A DNA stretch of 64,000 nucleotides from the NCBI RefSeq assembly GCF_031769215.1, contig NW_026781880.1:186001-250000 (forward strand), in the 5' to 3' direction. The notes under the pieces were generated by a model, which saw only the letters and a program-made list of their open reading frames with translations, did not search any database and was not told where the DNA came from. This DNA is from Ylistrum balloti (Eukaryota). This document shows, piece by piece, positions 36,309 through 51,049 of the stretch. Within the stretch, counting starts at the first letter, position 1, and every line of letters starts with the position of its first letter. Both the position numbers and the translations under genes were made by a program.

Positions 36309-39300
36309 GGACTGTGAAGTGATAACGACTCTGATGTTATGTGACTGTGAAGTGATAACGACTCCGGAACTGTGAAGTGATAACGACTCCGGGACTGTGA
36401 AGTGATAACGACTCTGATGTTATGTGACTGTGAAGTATTAACGACTCCGGGACTGTTAGGTGACAACGACTCCGGGACTGTGAAGTGATAACGACTCCGG
36501 GACTGTGAAGTGATAACGACTCTGATGTTATGTGACTGTGAAGTATTAACGACTCCGGGACTGTTAGGTGACAACGACTCTGATGTTACGTGACTGTGAA
36601 GTGATAACGACTCTGTGAAGTGATAACGACTCTGATGTTATGGACTGTGAAGTGATAACGACTCTGATGTTATGTGACTGTGAAGTATTAACGACTCCGG
36701 GACTGTTAGGTGACAACGACTCTGATGTTACGTGACTGTGAAGTGATAACGACTCCGGGACTGTGAAGTGATAACGACTCTGATGTTATGTGAATGTGAA
36801 GTGATAACGACTCAGCTACTGTCAAGGGATAACGTCTCGGGGGCTGTTAGGTGACAACGACTCTGATGTTACGTGACTGTGAAGTGATAACGACTCCGGG
36901 ACTGTGAAGTGATAACGACTCTGATGTTATGTGACTGTGAAGTGATAACGACTCCGGGACTGTGAAGTATTAACGACTCCGGGACTGTTAGGTGACAACG
37001 ACTCTGATGTTACGTGACTGTGAAGTGATAACGACTCCGGGACTGTGAAGTGATAACGACTCTGATGTTATGTGACTGTGAAGTATTAACGACTCCGGGA
37101 CTGTTAGGTGACAACGACTCTGATGTTACGTGACTGTGAAGTGATAACGACTCCGGGACTGTGAAGTGATAACGACTCTGATGTTATGTGACTGTGAAGT
37201 GATAACGACTCCGGGACTATGAAGTGATAACGACTCCGGGACTGTTAGGTGACAACGACTCTGATGTTACGTGACTGTGAAGTGATAACTACTCCGGGAC
37301 TGTTAAGTGATAACGACTCCGGGACTGTGAAGTGACAACGACTCTGATGTTACGTGACTGTGAAGTGATAACGACTCCGGGACTGTGAAGTGATAACGAC
37401 TCTGATGGGACTGTGAAGTGATAACGACTCCGGGACTGTGAAGTGATAACGACTCTGATGTTACGGGACTGTGAAGTGATAACGACTCTGATGTTACGGG
37501 ACTGTGAAGTGATAACGACTCCGGGACTGTGAAGTGATAACGACTCCGGGACTGTGAAGTGATAACGACTCCGGGACTGTGAAGTGATAACGACTCTGGA
37601 CTGTGAAGTGATAACGACTCTGATGGGACTGTGAAGTGATAACGACTCCGACTGTTTAAGTGGACTGTGAAGTGATAACGACTCTGATGTTACATGACTG
37701 TGAAGTGATAACGACTCCGGGACTGTGAAGTGATAACGACTCTGATGTTATGTGACTTTGAAGTGATAACAACACCGGCACTGTGAAGTGATAACGACTC
37801 TGATGTTATGTGACTGTGAAGTGATAACGACTCCGGGACTGTGAAGTGATAACGACTCCGGGACTGTGAAGTGATAACGACTCCGGGACTGTGAAGTGAT
37901 AACGACTCTGATGTTACGGGACTGTGAAGTGATAACGACTCCGGGACTGTGAAGTGATAACGACTCTGATGTTACGGGACTGTGAAGTGATAACGACTCC
38001 GGGACTGTGAAGTGATAACGACTCTGATGTTATGTGACTGTGAAGTGATAACGACGGATAACGACTCCGGGACTGTGAAGTGATAACGACTCCGGGACTG
38101 TTAGGTGACAACGACTCCGGGACTGTGAAGTGATAACGACTCCGGGACTGTTAGGTGACAACGACTCCGGGACTGTGAAGTGATAACGACTCTGATGTTA
38201 CATGACTGTGAAGTGATAACGACTCCGGGACTGTGAAGTGATAACGACTCTGATGTTATGTGACTTTGAAGTGATAACAACACCGGGACTGTGAAGTGAT
38301 AACGACTCTGATGTTATGTGACTTTGAAGTGATAACGACTCCGGGACTGTGAAGTGATAACGACTCTGATGTTATGTGACTGTGAAGTGATAACGACTCC
38401 GGGACTGTGAAGTGATAACGACTCCGGGACTGTGAAGTGATAACGACTCCGGGACTGTGAAGTGATAACGACTCCGGGACTGTGAAGTGATAACGACTCT
38501 GATGTTATGTGACTGTGAAGTGATAACGACTCCTGATGTTATGTGACTGTGAAGTGATAACGACTCTGTGAAGTGATAACGGCTATGTGACTTAGAAGTG
38601 ATAACAACACCGGCACTGTGAAGTGATAACGACTCTGATGCTATGTGACTGTGAAGTGATAACGACTCCGGGACTGTGAAGTGGTAACGACTCTGATGTT
38701 ACGTGACTGTGAAGTGATAAACGACTGTGAAGTGATAACGACTCCGGGACTGTGAAGTGATAACGACTCTGATGTTATGTGACTGTGAAGTGATAACTCC
38801 GGGACTGTGAAGTGATCCGGGACTGTGAAGTGATAACGACTCCGGGACTGTGAAGTGATAACGACTCTGTGAAGTGATAACGACTCTGATGGGACTGTGA
38901 AGTGATAACGACTCCGGGACTGTGAAGTGATAACGACTCTGATGTTATGTGACTGTGAAGTGATAACGACTCCGGGACTGTGAAGTGATAACGGCTCTGA
39001 TGATATGTGACTTAGAAGTGATAACAACACCGGCACTGTGAAGTGATAACGACTCTGATGTTATGTGACTGTGAAGTGATAACCTCCGGGACTGTGAAGT
39101 GATAACGACTCCGGGACTGTGAAGTGATAACGACTCCGGGACTGTGAAGTGATAACGACTCGGGACTGTGAAGTGATAACGACTCCGGGACTGTGAAGTG
39201 ATAACGACTGACTGTGAAGTGATAACGACTCCGGGACTGTGAAGTGATAACGACTCTGATGTTATGTGACTTAGAAGTGATAACAACACCGGGACTGTAA

Positions 39301-41509
39301 AGTGATAACGACTCTGATGTTATGTGACTGTGAAGTGATAACGACTCCGGGACTGTGAAGTGATAACGGCTCTGATGATATGTGACTTAGAAGTGATAAC
39401 AACACCGGCACTGTGAAGTGATAACGACTCTGATGTTATGTGACTGTGAAGTGATAACGACTCCGGGACTGTGAAGTGATAACGACTCCGGGACTGTGAA
39501 GTGATAACGACTCTGATGATATGTGACTTAGAAGTGATAACAACACCGGACTGTGAAGTGATAACGACTCTGATGTTATGTGACTGTGAAGTGATAACGT
39601 GACTGTAAGTGATAACGACGGGACTGTGAAGTGATAACGACTCTGATGTTATGTGACTGTGAAGTGATAACGACTCCGGGACTGTGAAGTGATAACGACT
39701 CTGATGTTATGTGACTGTGAAGTGATAACGACTCCGGGACTGTGAAGTGATAACGACTCCTGATGTTATGTGACTGTGAAGTGATAACGACTCCTGATGG
39801 ACTGTGAAGTGATAACGACTCTGATGTTATGTGACTGTGAAGTGATGACTCCGGGACTGTGAAGTGATATGGGACTGTGAAGTGATAACGACTCCGGGAC
39901 TGTGAAGTGATAACGACTCTGATATTACGTGACTGTGAAGTGATAACGACTCCGGGACTGTGAAGTGATAACGACTCTGATGTTATGTGACTGTGAAGTG
40001 ATAACGACTGTGAAGTGGACTGTGAAGTGATAACGACTCTGATGTTATGTGACTGTGAAGTGATAACGACTCCGGGACTGTGAAGTGATAACGACTCTGA
40101 TGTTATGTGACTGAAGTGATATGTGATAACTGTGAAGTGATAACAACACCGGGACTGTGAAGTGATAACGACTCTGACTGTGAAGTGATAACGACTCCGG
40201 GACTGTGAAGTGATAACGACTCCGGGACTGTGAAGTGATAACGACTCTGATGTTATGTGACTGTGAAGTGATAACGACTCCGGGACTGTGAAGTGATAAC
40301 GACTCTGATGTTATGTGACTGTGAAGTGATAACGACTCCGGGACTGTGAAGTGATAACGACTCTGATGACGGTCAAGAGATAACGACTCCGGGACTGTGA
40401 AGTGATAACGACTCTGATGTTATGTGACTGTGAAGTGATAACGAACTGTGATAACGACTCCGGGACTGTGAAGTGATAACGACTCCGGGACTGTGAAGTG
40501 ATAACGGCTCTGATGTTATGTGACTGTGAAGTGATAACGACTCCGGGACTGTGAAGTGATAACGGCTCTGATGATATGTGACTTAGAAGTGATAACAACA
40601 CCGGCACTGTGAAGTGATAACGACTCTGATGTTATGTGACTGTGAAGTGATAACGACTCCGGGACTGTGAAGTGATAACGACTCCGGGACTGTGAAGTGA
40701 TAACGGCTCTGATGATATGTGACTTAGAAGTGATAACAACACCGGCACTGTGAAGTGATAACGACTCTGATGTTATGTGACTGTGAAGTGATAACGACTC
40801 CGGGACTGTGAAGTGATAACGACTCCGGGACTGTGAAGTGATAACGACTCTGATGTTATGTGACTGTGAAGTGATAACGACTCCGGGACTGTGAAGTGAT
40901 AACGACTCCGGGACTGTGAAGTGATAACGACTCCGGGACTGTGAAGTGATAACGACTCTGATGTTATGTGACTGTGAAGTGATAACGACTCCGGGACTGT
41001 GAAGTGGTAACGACTCCGGGACTGTGAAGTGATAACGACTCCGGGACTGTGAAGTGATAACGACTCTGATGTTATGTGACTGTGAAGTGATAACGACTCC
41101 GGGACTGTTTAAGTGATAACGACTCCGGGACTGTGAAGTGATAACGACTCCGGGACTGTGAAGTGATAACGGCTCTGATGATATGTGACTTAGAAGTGAT
41201 AACAACACCGGCACTGTGAAGTGATAACGACTCTGATGTTATGTGACTGTGAAGTGATAACGACTCCGGGACTGTGAAGTGATAACGACTCCGGGACTGT
41301 TAACGATAACGTCCGGGATATGTTAGAAGTGATAACGACTCCGGGACTGTGAAGTGATAACGACTCTGATGTTATGTGACTGTGAAGTGATAACGACTCC
41401 GGGACTGTGAAGTGATAACGACTCCGGGACTGTGACGGGACTGTGAAGTGATAACGACTCTGATGTTATGTGACTGTGAAGTGATAACAACACCGGGACT
41501 GTGAAGTGA
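36309..41509. repeat. 5.2-kb satellite: 20-bp core CTGTGAAGTGATAACGACTC joined by CGGGA (25-mer) or TGATGTTATGTGA (33-mer)
   Basis: Two alternating unit types read directly; local 116-bp higher-order period (36965/37081). Confidence 0.97.
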
Positions 41510-42439
41510 AAAGAACGGGTTGGCAATAAAAAAGATATTAGGTAGTATTTATTTATACAGACAACGTAAACTTTTCGCGATTTGCATTGAATGAGGGACA
41601 ATTACTTACAGTAAAATGGTGGCAAATTAAAGGTTTTAAACAAAGATCATCACGAAATTACTGCATATCACATGACCGATATTAATTTAACGTTACTCTG
41701 ATCACTAATATCTTAGTTACGTATCTTATCAACAATGGAAACAAATTATAAGGGTCATTGTTTGTATCAATAGAAACTGCTCTTGTAATAAAATGAACCG
41801 TTCTGACACTCTGTGTATCGATTTAAGTCTATCGCTGCATCTATTGTATCGATCTGTGTCACCATAATAGCGGTCTTATCATACGTCTATCTCTTCACAA
41901 CTCCACGTTTGGTTATCTACGGGTCGCCAGAATTTATTACAATGGTTTAAATGTCCGATTTTGTTTATCTACAGCAAAGCCTATACAGAGGAATAAAAAC
42001 CACCAAATGTTACTCGTCATATACATAATCATACATGTATAGTACAGTAATCATTGTCTGTTTAACCTACAGTAAATGTTCATGATAAATACGGCAATTG
42101 AAATCACCCGAAGTCAGTAATACATTACCGACGTTAGAAACCGGTATTATTTAATTATTCAGCAATATCGGAGGGACATAAATGTAACACTGCACGACTA
42201 GTTCATAATCCCGCTTATCTCCCTTTTCTTTTGCATCTGACTTCAGAAACAAGAACCAAAAGCTAATCTCCTTGTCCTATTTCAACACATGGGAAGTTTT
42301 ATCTGTTTTTTCTCTCTCTCTTGTGAGGTGTCCAAGTTTTTTCGTGCTTTACTTCACAAGAATCGGCTAAACTTGGAATCTTAAAGTAGTCTCTCTTTCC
42401 CAAAGATATTTTATCTTAGTGTATGTCTGCCTCACAGCC

Positions 42440-42706
42440 TCACCGTTGACCTTGGAGCGTTTGCCTCCATGAGGAAGGCTGTGGGTTCTGTTCCGTGGTC
42501 GAGACATACCACAGTTGTAATGACTGGTTTACTTGTAATCTGTCTAATGTGACCGGGTGAGGTGTATGTGCCGTCTTCAGTACACTTAAGTGTGCTGTAT
42601 AGTCGACTTAACTTCCGTATCATCACAATGAGGCTCACTCATCTCCCATACACCAGGAGGCCGACCTTAAGCGACCTTAGCTAGTATTAAGCAATGTAAA
42701 CCAAAT
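42440..42706 (+). mobile_element. Decayed tRNA-derived SINE (bivalve Meta-core-like)
   Basis: Degenerate tRNA head (GCGTTTGCCTCC...GGGTTCTGTTCC), ATGTGACCGGGTGAGGTG core and GGAGGCCGACCTTAAGCGACCTTAGCT tail, as recalled for bivalve SINEs. Confidence 0.55.
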
Positions 42707-45416
42707 CATACCTGCCTTCTCTCCATACATTGTCTCTATATATAATCCATTCTTTTCTCTGTATTTTCTTTTCGTTCTTTTCGTTCTTTTCTGTGCTATC
42801 GATTCGGGCACTTGGGGTACCAATGCTTAATTAGCTGTTGTCTCTGAAATCTTCGTACCCTCAGAGAGTTTCACGATAAGATTGTCCAAGGGGTACACAA
42901 ATGAATATCACCTTTTAACAAAACTTTAGAGTTAGATGCAGTATAACCACATAAATTCGACTGCGGCTGTTTCGGCCTTTATTTTACTAACAAGAGGACC
43001 ATATGGAAGATTAGCCGTTGGCTAAATAGGTAATCCTCAGAAAATAAAGTTGTTTATTATTATTGTTATTGTCAGTATTGTTCTATGTCTCTTCAGTAAT
43101 ACTATGGGCCTTGTGAATCCGCGGAGGCAACACAGGAAAAAACAATTAAACAAAAAAAATAAAGATCTGGATGGATGCACTAGCCTCACCATTCAATACA
43201 TTTCGTAAGTTTCACGTATTTGATCATTTAATAGCAACCCGAAATACGTGTATTTATCTGATTAATAACAGCCAACGCGATTCATGGATACATACCGTTT
43301 ATATTGAACTATACATAGAAGGAGGGCTTTATAAGGGACGAGGTTGGCTTCAAGACGCTCTAGCATTATTGTCCCGTATGACACATTGGCCTAACGACAC
43401 CATTATACCTACCTATGTAGGTACGAAGTACATCTTATATATCTACATTCACTCAGGTATGTATTACTCCCTGTGTCCAGAGGCACCCTACAAACCATAT
43501 AGACGTTAGGGGAACACATTGGATATTATTTCATACGGTTGTATGTATATTACATGTACACTGGGTGTGTGTGAATTTATTCAACGGGTGACTAAAAAAG
43601 GAATTAAGTTTTTAACCTTACTCGGCTACCGGAAGAGTTCCGAATGAATCATAGTTCGATGGTGTTTAAACCCGCTCGAGGATTTTAAAACCCAGGGCAT
43701 TATGAACAGGTATAGTATATGAATGTATTTGGTACTCTATGGCGATCCAGGTGTAGCAATAAAATATTGTAATATACATGTTTCAACAGAAGTCATCTAC
43801 CGTCATCGTAGTGACGTATACTACAGTATGAGGTCTTCCTCCAGATTTCCTACAGCGATCCACCTGGGAATCCTAACACTTCTGTTTGTATCTTGATGAA
43901 ATTACACCATACAGCGAGAAATTTGAGTTAGTATCAAACATAACTTACTGAAAATCATGCACGTATGTTATTGAAATATATGTATGTTTTATATATATGT
44001 ATAAAAGGGTGTCTTTGTCACGCAAGGGTTAAATGGCTGAATACAGAGATCGGCAATCGTTATCTGGGAGTTAGAAAAATAACAAACCAAAGAAATGTAT
44101 ACAAAACCACTTGTTAAGATTATTGACATATCTAGATCTAACTGATTTTCACCTGTACAGGTGTGACAGAAGCGTGTACCATGCACAGCAACAGCTGTAG
44201 TGTTGATATTTATACAGGTAACCAGGATATTGATCGCAGCCGGAGTGGAAGCCGAGGGAACCTACTCACACGGAAGAGAGTGACCGGGAGTTCGGCAGGG
44301 ACTCGACCGAGACCCACCATGGAACGGCCGACCTGAGGGCTGGGATTATTTTACCAGGGCCGGGAAACATTCACCATGGCCAAGGCTAAATCTATCGTAG
44401 TGAGTAGATCAAAACTGTTATCCGCATGACTGATTAATAATCGATAAAGGTCCGCTAATATTAAATATTTCTAATGTAATATACGGACACTTTACAATGG
44501 TTTAATTGAATGTCTTGTTGTGTGTAGACAAGTGCACCATATATATATACGTCACTAGGAACCGGGGGTTATAAACGACCTTCTATGTCAGTCTGTGCCA
44601 AATGAGTAATTCTAAATCAATCATTTGTCTATTTAATTCTTTCGGCGTACATATGAACGCAAATATACATGAGAACTTTGTATAGAAATATTAATGTGGG
44701 TTGTTCGCTTCATTTTATCGTTGATTAATATGGGATGAATATCAATGTACCAGTTCTGTACTGAACGCAAACAAATACACGTACACCAGTGCAGTATATA
44801 TAACTAAGGTATTAACTAGTCATCATAATGTAACAAGGCGTTGTTACTTGTAACGCCCAATGGTATCTACTTCACTGTTCAATGTTTATATCTACATTCA
44901 CAAGGCAGATTGCTGTCTTATTCTCTAATCATTTGAAACTACAGATGAACTGGTATTTATCGACCGTGTCATCAGTCAGTTGGAACAACCAATTTGACGG
45001 CGCGCTGTTTCTATAAACAAACTGATGACAAAATGAGAGGAAAGAGTATTTAACATTAATTAATTTAATCCGGGAAAGTTGTGGTTTAATAATAATGACG
45101 GCTTGTCATGGATTTCAATTTAACAAATTTACATCCTTACATGTAAATTCTATCCCAGGAAAAGCGTGCTCCGGGACAAAGTCTTTATAGTGTGATCAAG
45201 TGTAAACGGCTTTTCATTAAATTTAGCTTGTTCTTTCAACCTCGAGTACACCTATAGGAAAGGTTAGCCAAGTTTCCTCTGCCTCCTACACAAGACGTTA
45301 TGATTTTAACGGAAATATACCCAACCCAAAATGTCTAACGGGTGGGTTTAGGAGTCGAAGGAAATCCGTACATTATCGTCTTAATGATTAAAAAACAACA
45401 TTTCCACTAGTCGATA

Positions 45417-45580
45417 CAGGAAGTGTATAATACGACTGCAACCGGAAGTGTTCCGAAAGGCTTGACCTAGTGAATTATATACTTTTTATCTAATCAATAA
45501 TGTTTACTATCGCTGCTGAACGAACACAGCTTCCGGTCTAGAAACGAACGTTAGAAAATGTATGTTGTCAATACACAGGT
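45417..45580. promoter_or_regulatory. Cluster of ETS-type motifs with a downstream splice donor (candidate TATA-less promoter)
   Basis: CAGGAAGTG at 45417, ACCGGAAGTG at 45441, reverse ACCGGAAG at 45530-45537, donor CAG|GTGAAT at 45578/45579. Confidence 0.4.
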
Positions 45581-46099
45581 GAATGACATGTGGCATTTGT
45601 CTCTTTATAAACAAAACGGTGAAGTACGAACAATCCATTTGTACATAATCTTTGAATTAGGGCGATTTACCCACCACTTGCTTACATTTCAAATTGTAGG
45701 TATCCTTATATTTTGATCGACTTTCTGAATAGAAATAAAATTCGAACCGACGTCCAGGCAATGGAGGCCATGATGGAAACTTGTCTGGATTCGACAGTTT
45801 AATTAGAAGTTCAGCAGTCATGCAAAACATTGGTTTTATGTAATAGGATACCATTTTACTCCTACAGACAGGTGCTGATTTATCTTTAACATTTTATAAA
45901 TATTCTTATTTTGATTCATAAAAAAATATAAAAAAAAATTTTAAAAATTACATATATGTGAAGATATCCATTGGACTTACATGTACGTATATAGATATTC
46001 TACCTGATCCATCTACATGATATTTGTAACTTTTGTAACTCTTCATTATCTGGTTTTAACCCTATCATATTCTATCTTTGTAATAATGTCTGACCGTCT

Positions 46100-46250
46100 T
46101 TATCACGAGCACTCCACCTCTGGGTCGCGGGTTCGAGACCCACGTGGGGCAGTCCCAGGTACTGGTCACTACTCGGTGGTCCGTGAACTCCGGCTTTTCT
46201 CCACCTGACACGTTCTAAATGACACTGGCTATTTGTAAAACGTAAAGCAA
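46100..46250 (+). mobile_element. Truncated tRNA-derived SINE
   Basis: B box GGTTCGAGACC (46130-46140), CTCCGGCTTTTCTCCAC core, and CCTGACACGTTCTAAATGACACTGGCT tail. Confidence 0.6.
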
Positions 46251-48100
46251 TAATGAATCTTTTATTTTTGTATTGAATGGTACCAATTTCAGTTTCATTT
46301 GATTCCGTATACAACAGCAAGTAGGATAGAAATCTACATACATCTGATAACGTAATTCATATGTACAAGATGGCGGAGAACATTACCCACTAGATGTCAA
46401 ACTCCTGATATAGAATACAACCCACCACGCCGTAACATTAACACGCCATCATGAGACAATTAATATATACTAGTAACAAGCAACATCACAACACAGTGGA
46501 TTGACAAAACACCAGATATAACGATATTCTCTGAAGTGATAACAATTGGCTAAGAATTGTACTGTATACTCATACAATATGTTCATATCTTTATCAAAGA
46601 AAATGAAAATCATTGTACAATTATGAACTCATTTAACGAACAAATTATATCTTAACGACAAAAGACGCATCGAGTAACTTATACACCATACAAGGACAGA
46701 TAACTCAGGTATTTAGTAATAATTTTCTCTAGACCATAGTATGAACTAGATATGTATCAGACAGGGTATTTGTTTTGAATACAGAGGTCGACAATAAACG
46801 ATCGGTTTGCTGCGGGTATAATACTCTTAATTCTTAATATGCACGACATAATGATAAAAATGAGTTTCGTCTCTAAAGTCATTTTGTCACACAGCGTGCA
46901 GGATCTTTGAGATATGAATGCCCCGATATCTTCCGGTCTCAACATATCCGTATTTAACCTTTACTTAGCAAGACTATTTTATTTCTAAAGTTAGTAGCTT
47001 ATTGAGATAAGACTGAATAACTAACTTGTCTTATATATATTTATGTAATGTACATTTTGAAGAATGTTCAAAACCATTTCTTAATTATTGAACGAAAACA
47101 TCCTATATTCGTTGTTTAGTAATTGATAAAAAAGATATTTTTCAGTGGGTACCTGCTGTACTAACCACACATCACCAAGGCCCAATGTATATCAATCGTG
47201 TTTCAAATGAAAATTCTGATTGTTTTACAATTGGGCTTCTTTGTGTTAAGCTTTACTTATCCATTATAACACGTGCGTGATTTGTACAATTTTGGAATGA
47301 TGACTATAAAGTCTATAAATAGCGACACATTAGTTGGAAATGTGATAAGAGAAAAAATCCAGATATCTAACTTAAATGTCCAATATATAAACAAATGATT
47401 TGTATGTAGACATTTCATCTAAAATGTTAGGTACTTTCAATTTGTCCTCGATCATTTATATGTGGTGTGTATTATTTCCTACCGTGAGTGACACGAAACG
47501 TTGTAAATACTACCTGAACCATAGTTAAATGTTTACGAATTTACTCGTTTATATTAAGAAAATAAATAAACCCTTCATGTATCTGTCAGTGATTGCTCCA
47601 CGATAGAATCTCACATCTGTGCGACAGAACCACACGACCTGCATGCTACGTGTTAGCTTATTTCGTCCACTTTTCCTATTGTGCGTTCATGTTGTGCACA
47701 TCACACGTCTTGTCACGTTGTGTGATCCCAAAACTGTAAAGTTGTTTTATAACTTGGGGGAGAGATGGATGCATGACACTTCACAAAAACTGGTAGCAAA
47801 TGATCATTAACTGGCGGTTATCCAATCAAGTTTAATGAAAGTCAAATGAAAATTATTTTATGGGAATGTCAATTTATCGAAGATTAATTCCTTTTTTAAG
47901 ATAATAAACAGCCGTTATCGTCACCACATGTCTGTGTTTATAGTTCTATAACAAGACAATACTTCATCTTTCAGACTCAGTTGTAAGAATGCATGAATAA
48001 TGTAACCCGTAAACACCAAGTATCTGTCTAAGGTGTTATACTAAAGAGGTGTTTCCTAAACAGATGAACACCTAATGAAACAACACCCGTAGTCTCCTGT

Positions 48101-49405
48101 ACAGACTAGCTGTAGACCAAAGTTTAATCAGTCCAGACTACCTGTAGACCTATGTTTAATCAGACCAGGCTAGCTGTACACCTAAGTTTAGTCAGTCCAG
48201 ACTAGCTGTAGATCTAAGTTTAATTAGTATAGACTAGCTGTAGACCTATGTTTAATCAGTCCAGGCTAGCTGTAGACCTAAGTTTAGTCAGTCTAGACTA
48301 GCTGTAGACCTATGTTTAATCAGTCCAGACTAGCTGTAGACATAAGTTTAATCAGTCCAGACTAGATGTAGACCTAAGTTTAATCAGTCCAGACTAGCTG
48401 TAGACTTATGTTTAATCAGTCTAGACTAGCTGTAGACATAAGTTTAATCAGTCTAGACTAGCTGTAGACCTAAGTTTAATCAGTCCAGAGTAGCTATAGA
48501 ACTATGTTTAATCAGTCCAGACTAGCTGTAGACCTAAGTTTAGTCAGTCCAGAGTAGCTGTAGACCTATGTTTTATCAGTCAAGACTTGCTGTAGACATA
48601 AGTTTAATCAGTCTAGACTAGCTGTAGACCTAAGTTTAGTCAGTCCAGACTAGCTGTAGACCTATGTTTAATCAGTCCAGACTAACTGTAGACCTAAGTT
48701 TAATCAGTCCAGACTAGCTGTAGACCTATGTTTAATCAGTCTAGACTAGCTGTAGACCTAAGTTTAATCAGTCCAGACTAGCTGTAGACCTAAGTTTAAT
48801 CAGTCCAGACTAGCTGTAGACTTATGTTTAATCAGTCCAGACTAACTGTAGACCTAAGTTTAATCAGTCCAGACTAGCTGTAGACCTATGTTTTATCAGT
48901 CAAGACTAGCTGTAGACATAAGTTTAATCAGTCTAGACTAGCTGTAGACCTATGTTTAATCAGTCCAGACTAGCTGTAGACCTAAGTTTAGTCAGTCCAG
49001 ACTAGCTGTAGACCTATGTTTAATCAGTCTAGACTAGCTGTAGATCTAAGTTTAATCAGTCCAGAGTAGCTGTAGACCTATGTTTAATCAGTCCAGACTA
49101 GCTGTAGACCTAAGTTTAGTCAGTCCAGAGTAGCTGTAGACCTATGTTTTATCAGTCAAGACTAGCTGTAGACATAAGTTTAATCAGTCTAGACTAGCTG
49201 TAGACCTAAGTTTAATCAGTCCAGACTAGCTGTAGACCTATGTTTAATCAGTCCAGACTAGCTGTAGACCTAAGTTTAGTCAGTCCAGACTAGCTGTAGA
49301 CCTAAGTTTAGTCAGTCCAGACTAGCTGTAGACCTAAGTTTAATCAGTCCAGACTAGCTGTAGACCTAAGTTTAATCAGTCCAGACTAGCTGTAGATGTT
49401 AGTTT
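48101..49405. repeat. 32-bp minisatellite (AGACTAGCTGTAGACCTAAGTTTAATCAGTCC), about 41 units
   Basis: Period of 32 read directly. Confidence 0.97.
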
Positions 49406-50022
49406 AATCTGTCACGGATCAGATTTTGACAGTTATCGAACTAATCAACATGGGAGACATCTTCCTCTAAACAGAGTATCAGTACATGTATATTGATTTG
49501 GTTTTAAGCCGTGTTCAAATAATTCCGGAGTGACTTTTATACTCCTGTATTCTATAAACGATTTTCTATCAAGATTTAAAATTTATAATAAACATTGTAT
49601 TTATGTGCATTTTACATGTTATGATTTGACGAAATGCCAAAATCGCTACCTATAAGGGCGTTTCATCTTTATACACTACCTGATGTATTATAAGTCAATA
49701 ATGATTGGATCTGTTGATCGTTTTCCTTATCCGGCCTTGGTTTAAATAATTATAAAAATACTAAATCCATCCCCCGTACTTTCATCAGCATTATGATCTC
49801 TATACATGTCATAACAAATTAGAAGAATGTAACATTCCCTATACATGTTGTTGTCCAATGATAATATGTTTATAATCAGTGAACTTTCACTGTTTCCCAG
49901 TACTGACATCGAACTCGCGATTGTTGTCCTCTCTGGTACCTAAAATCACCCTCCTTTCAAGTTCGTTTATCTACCTGGCGGCTCCCCCTCCTCCCCCTCC
50001 CATTTCAGACTTTTCTTTGCTT

Positions 50023-50219
50023 AATCAAATAAAACCACCATTTGTTACTTTTGTAATCAATCAATGCCCTTGTCTTTCTTGTTCTCTCTGTATTATTTTC
50101 TAAGTGTCTACGAATCAAATAAAGCCACCATTTGTTACTTTTGTAATCAATCAATGCCCTTGTCTTTCTTGTTCTCTCTGTATTATTTTCTAAGTGTCTA
50201 CGAATCAAATAAAGCCACA
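50023..50219. repeat. 90-bp tandem duplication (about 2.2 copies)
   Basis: AATCAAATAAA recurs at 50023, 50113 and 50203 with near-identical intervening sequence. Confidence 0.95.
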
Positions 50220-51049
50220 CATTTCCAAGATTTCACGACACTTCCTCCCAGTAAACTACATTTTGTATATATGCTTAGAATTAAAGTATATACCATCTGT
50301 CTTTTCCTACGACACAAACAGCTCCACTTTTGACTAATTGATACTTTGGTCGGGTTGATATATTAGGATGTCGAACCTTGACGGTAACACTATATGTCTA
50401 TCAACATGTAAATTCCTTTAATGTTGTGTGTAACCCCGTAACACGGGATTCGCACCTTTGGTCTCGACGCCTTTAAATGCCACTTTAAGTAGCTTTCACT
50501 TGAAAGCCGGTGAATAATTCATATGACAAATTGTTGTCCCTGATAATGAACAGATAAATATTTTAGGGTACAAGATAGAGTAAGTCTTGGTTCTTAACAT
50601 TTATTGTATAGACTACCAAACTTTAGTATGCAAACGTTCAACAGTTCTGTAAATGTTGTACACAGAGTAATACAGATATCACCTAAAGCATTAAGATAAA
50701 GCCACGGAATAAAAGCTGACTAAAATGTATGTGACCCGTCTCCATTCACATGATCTCGGCAATTTATAAAGTTTAAAATTTATTCAGATAATTTATTCTG
50801 AACCACTTCCCGACAGGACCAAAATAAAAACATTTGGTTTGGCGTCCGACTTATAAAAAGATAACTACAAGATGAAAACTAGTCATATTTTCATTCAAAA
50901 TAGAAAAATACCGACTATTAAAAATATATTTCTATTAATGTTATGCAGAAATGGGAACCACATCTCTTAGATGTTTAATTGATCTCGATGTAATTTTGAT
51001 CGCGGTTGTTCGACAGACAGGTCATATAATAATTTGATCCTTATGAACA

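Noticed and set aside
36309-41509. CRISPR-like look (constant core plus spacers) and the SQSRSRYHFT-type ORFs
   Set aside because: Only two recurring linkers rather than unique spacers, no cas genes, eukaryotic context; the ORFs are repeat translations.
44225-44400. GC-rich island as a structured RNA or exon
   Set aside because: No convincing ORF, splice pair or RNA motif; the minus strand has a degenerate B-box-like GGTCGAGTCCC, so an old SINE is the simpler explanation.
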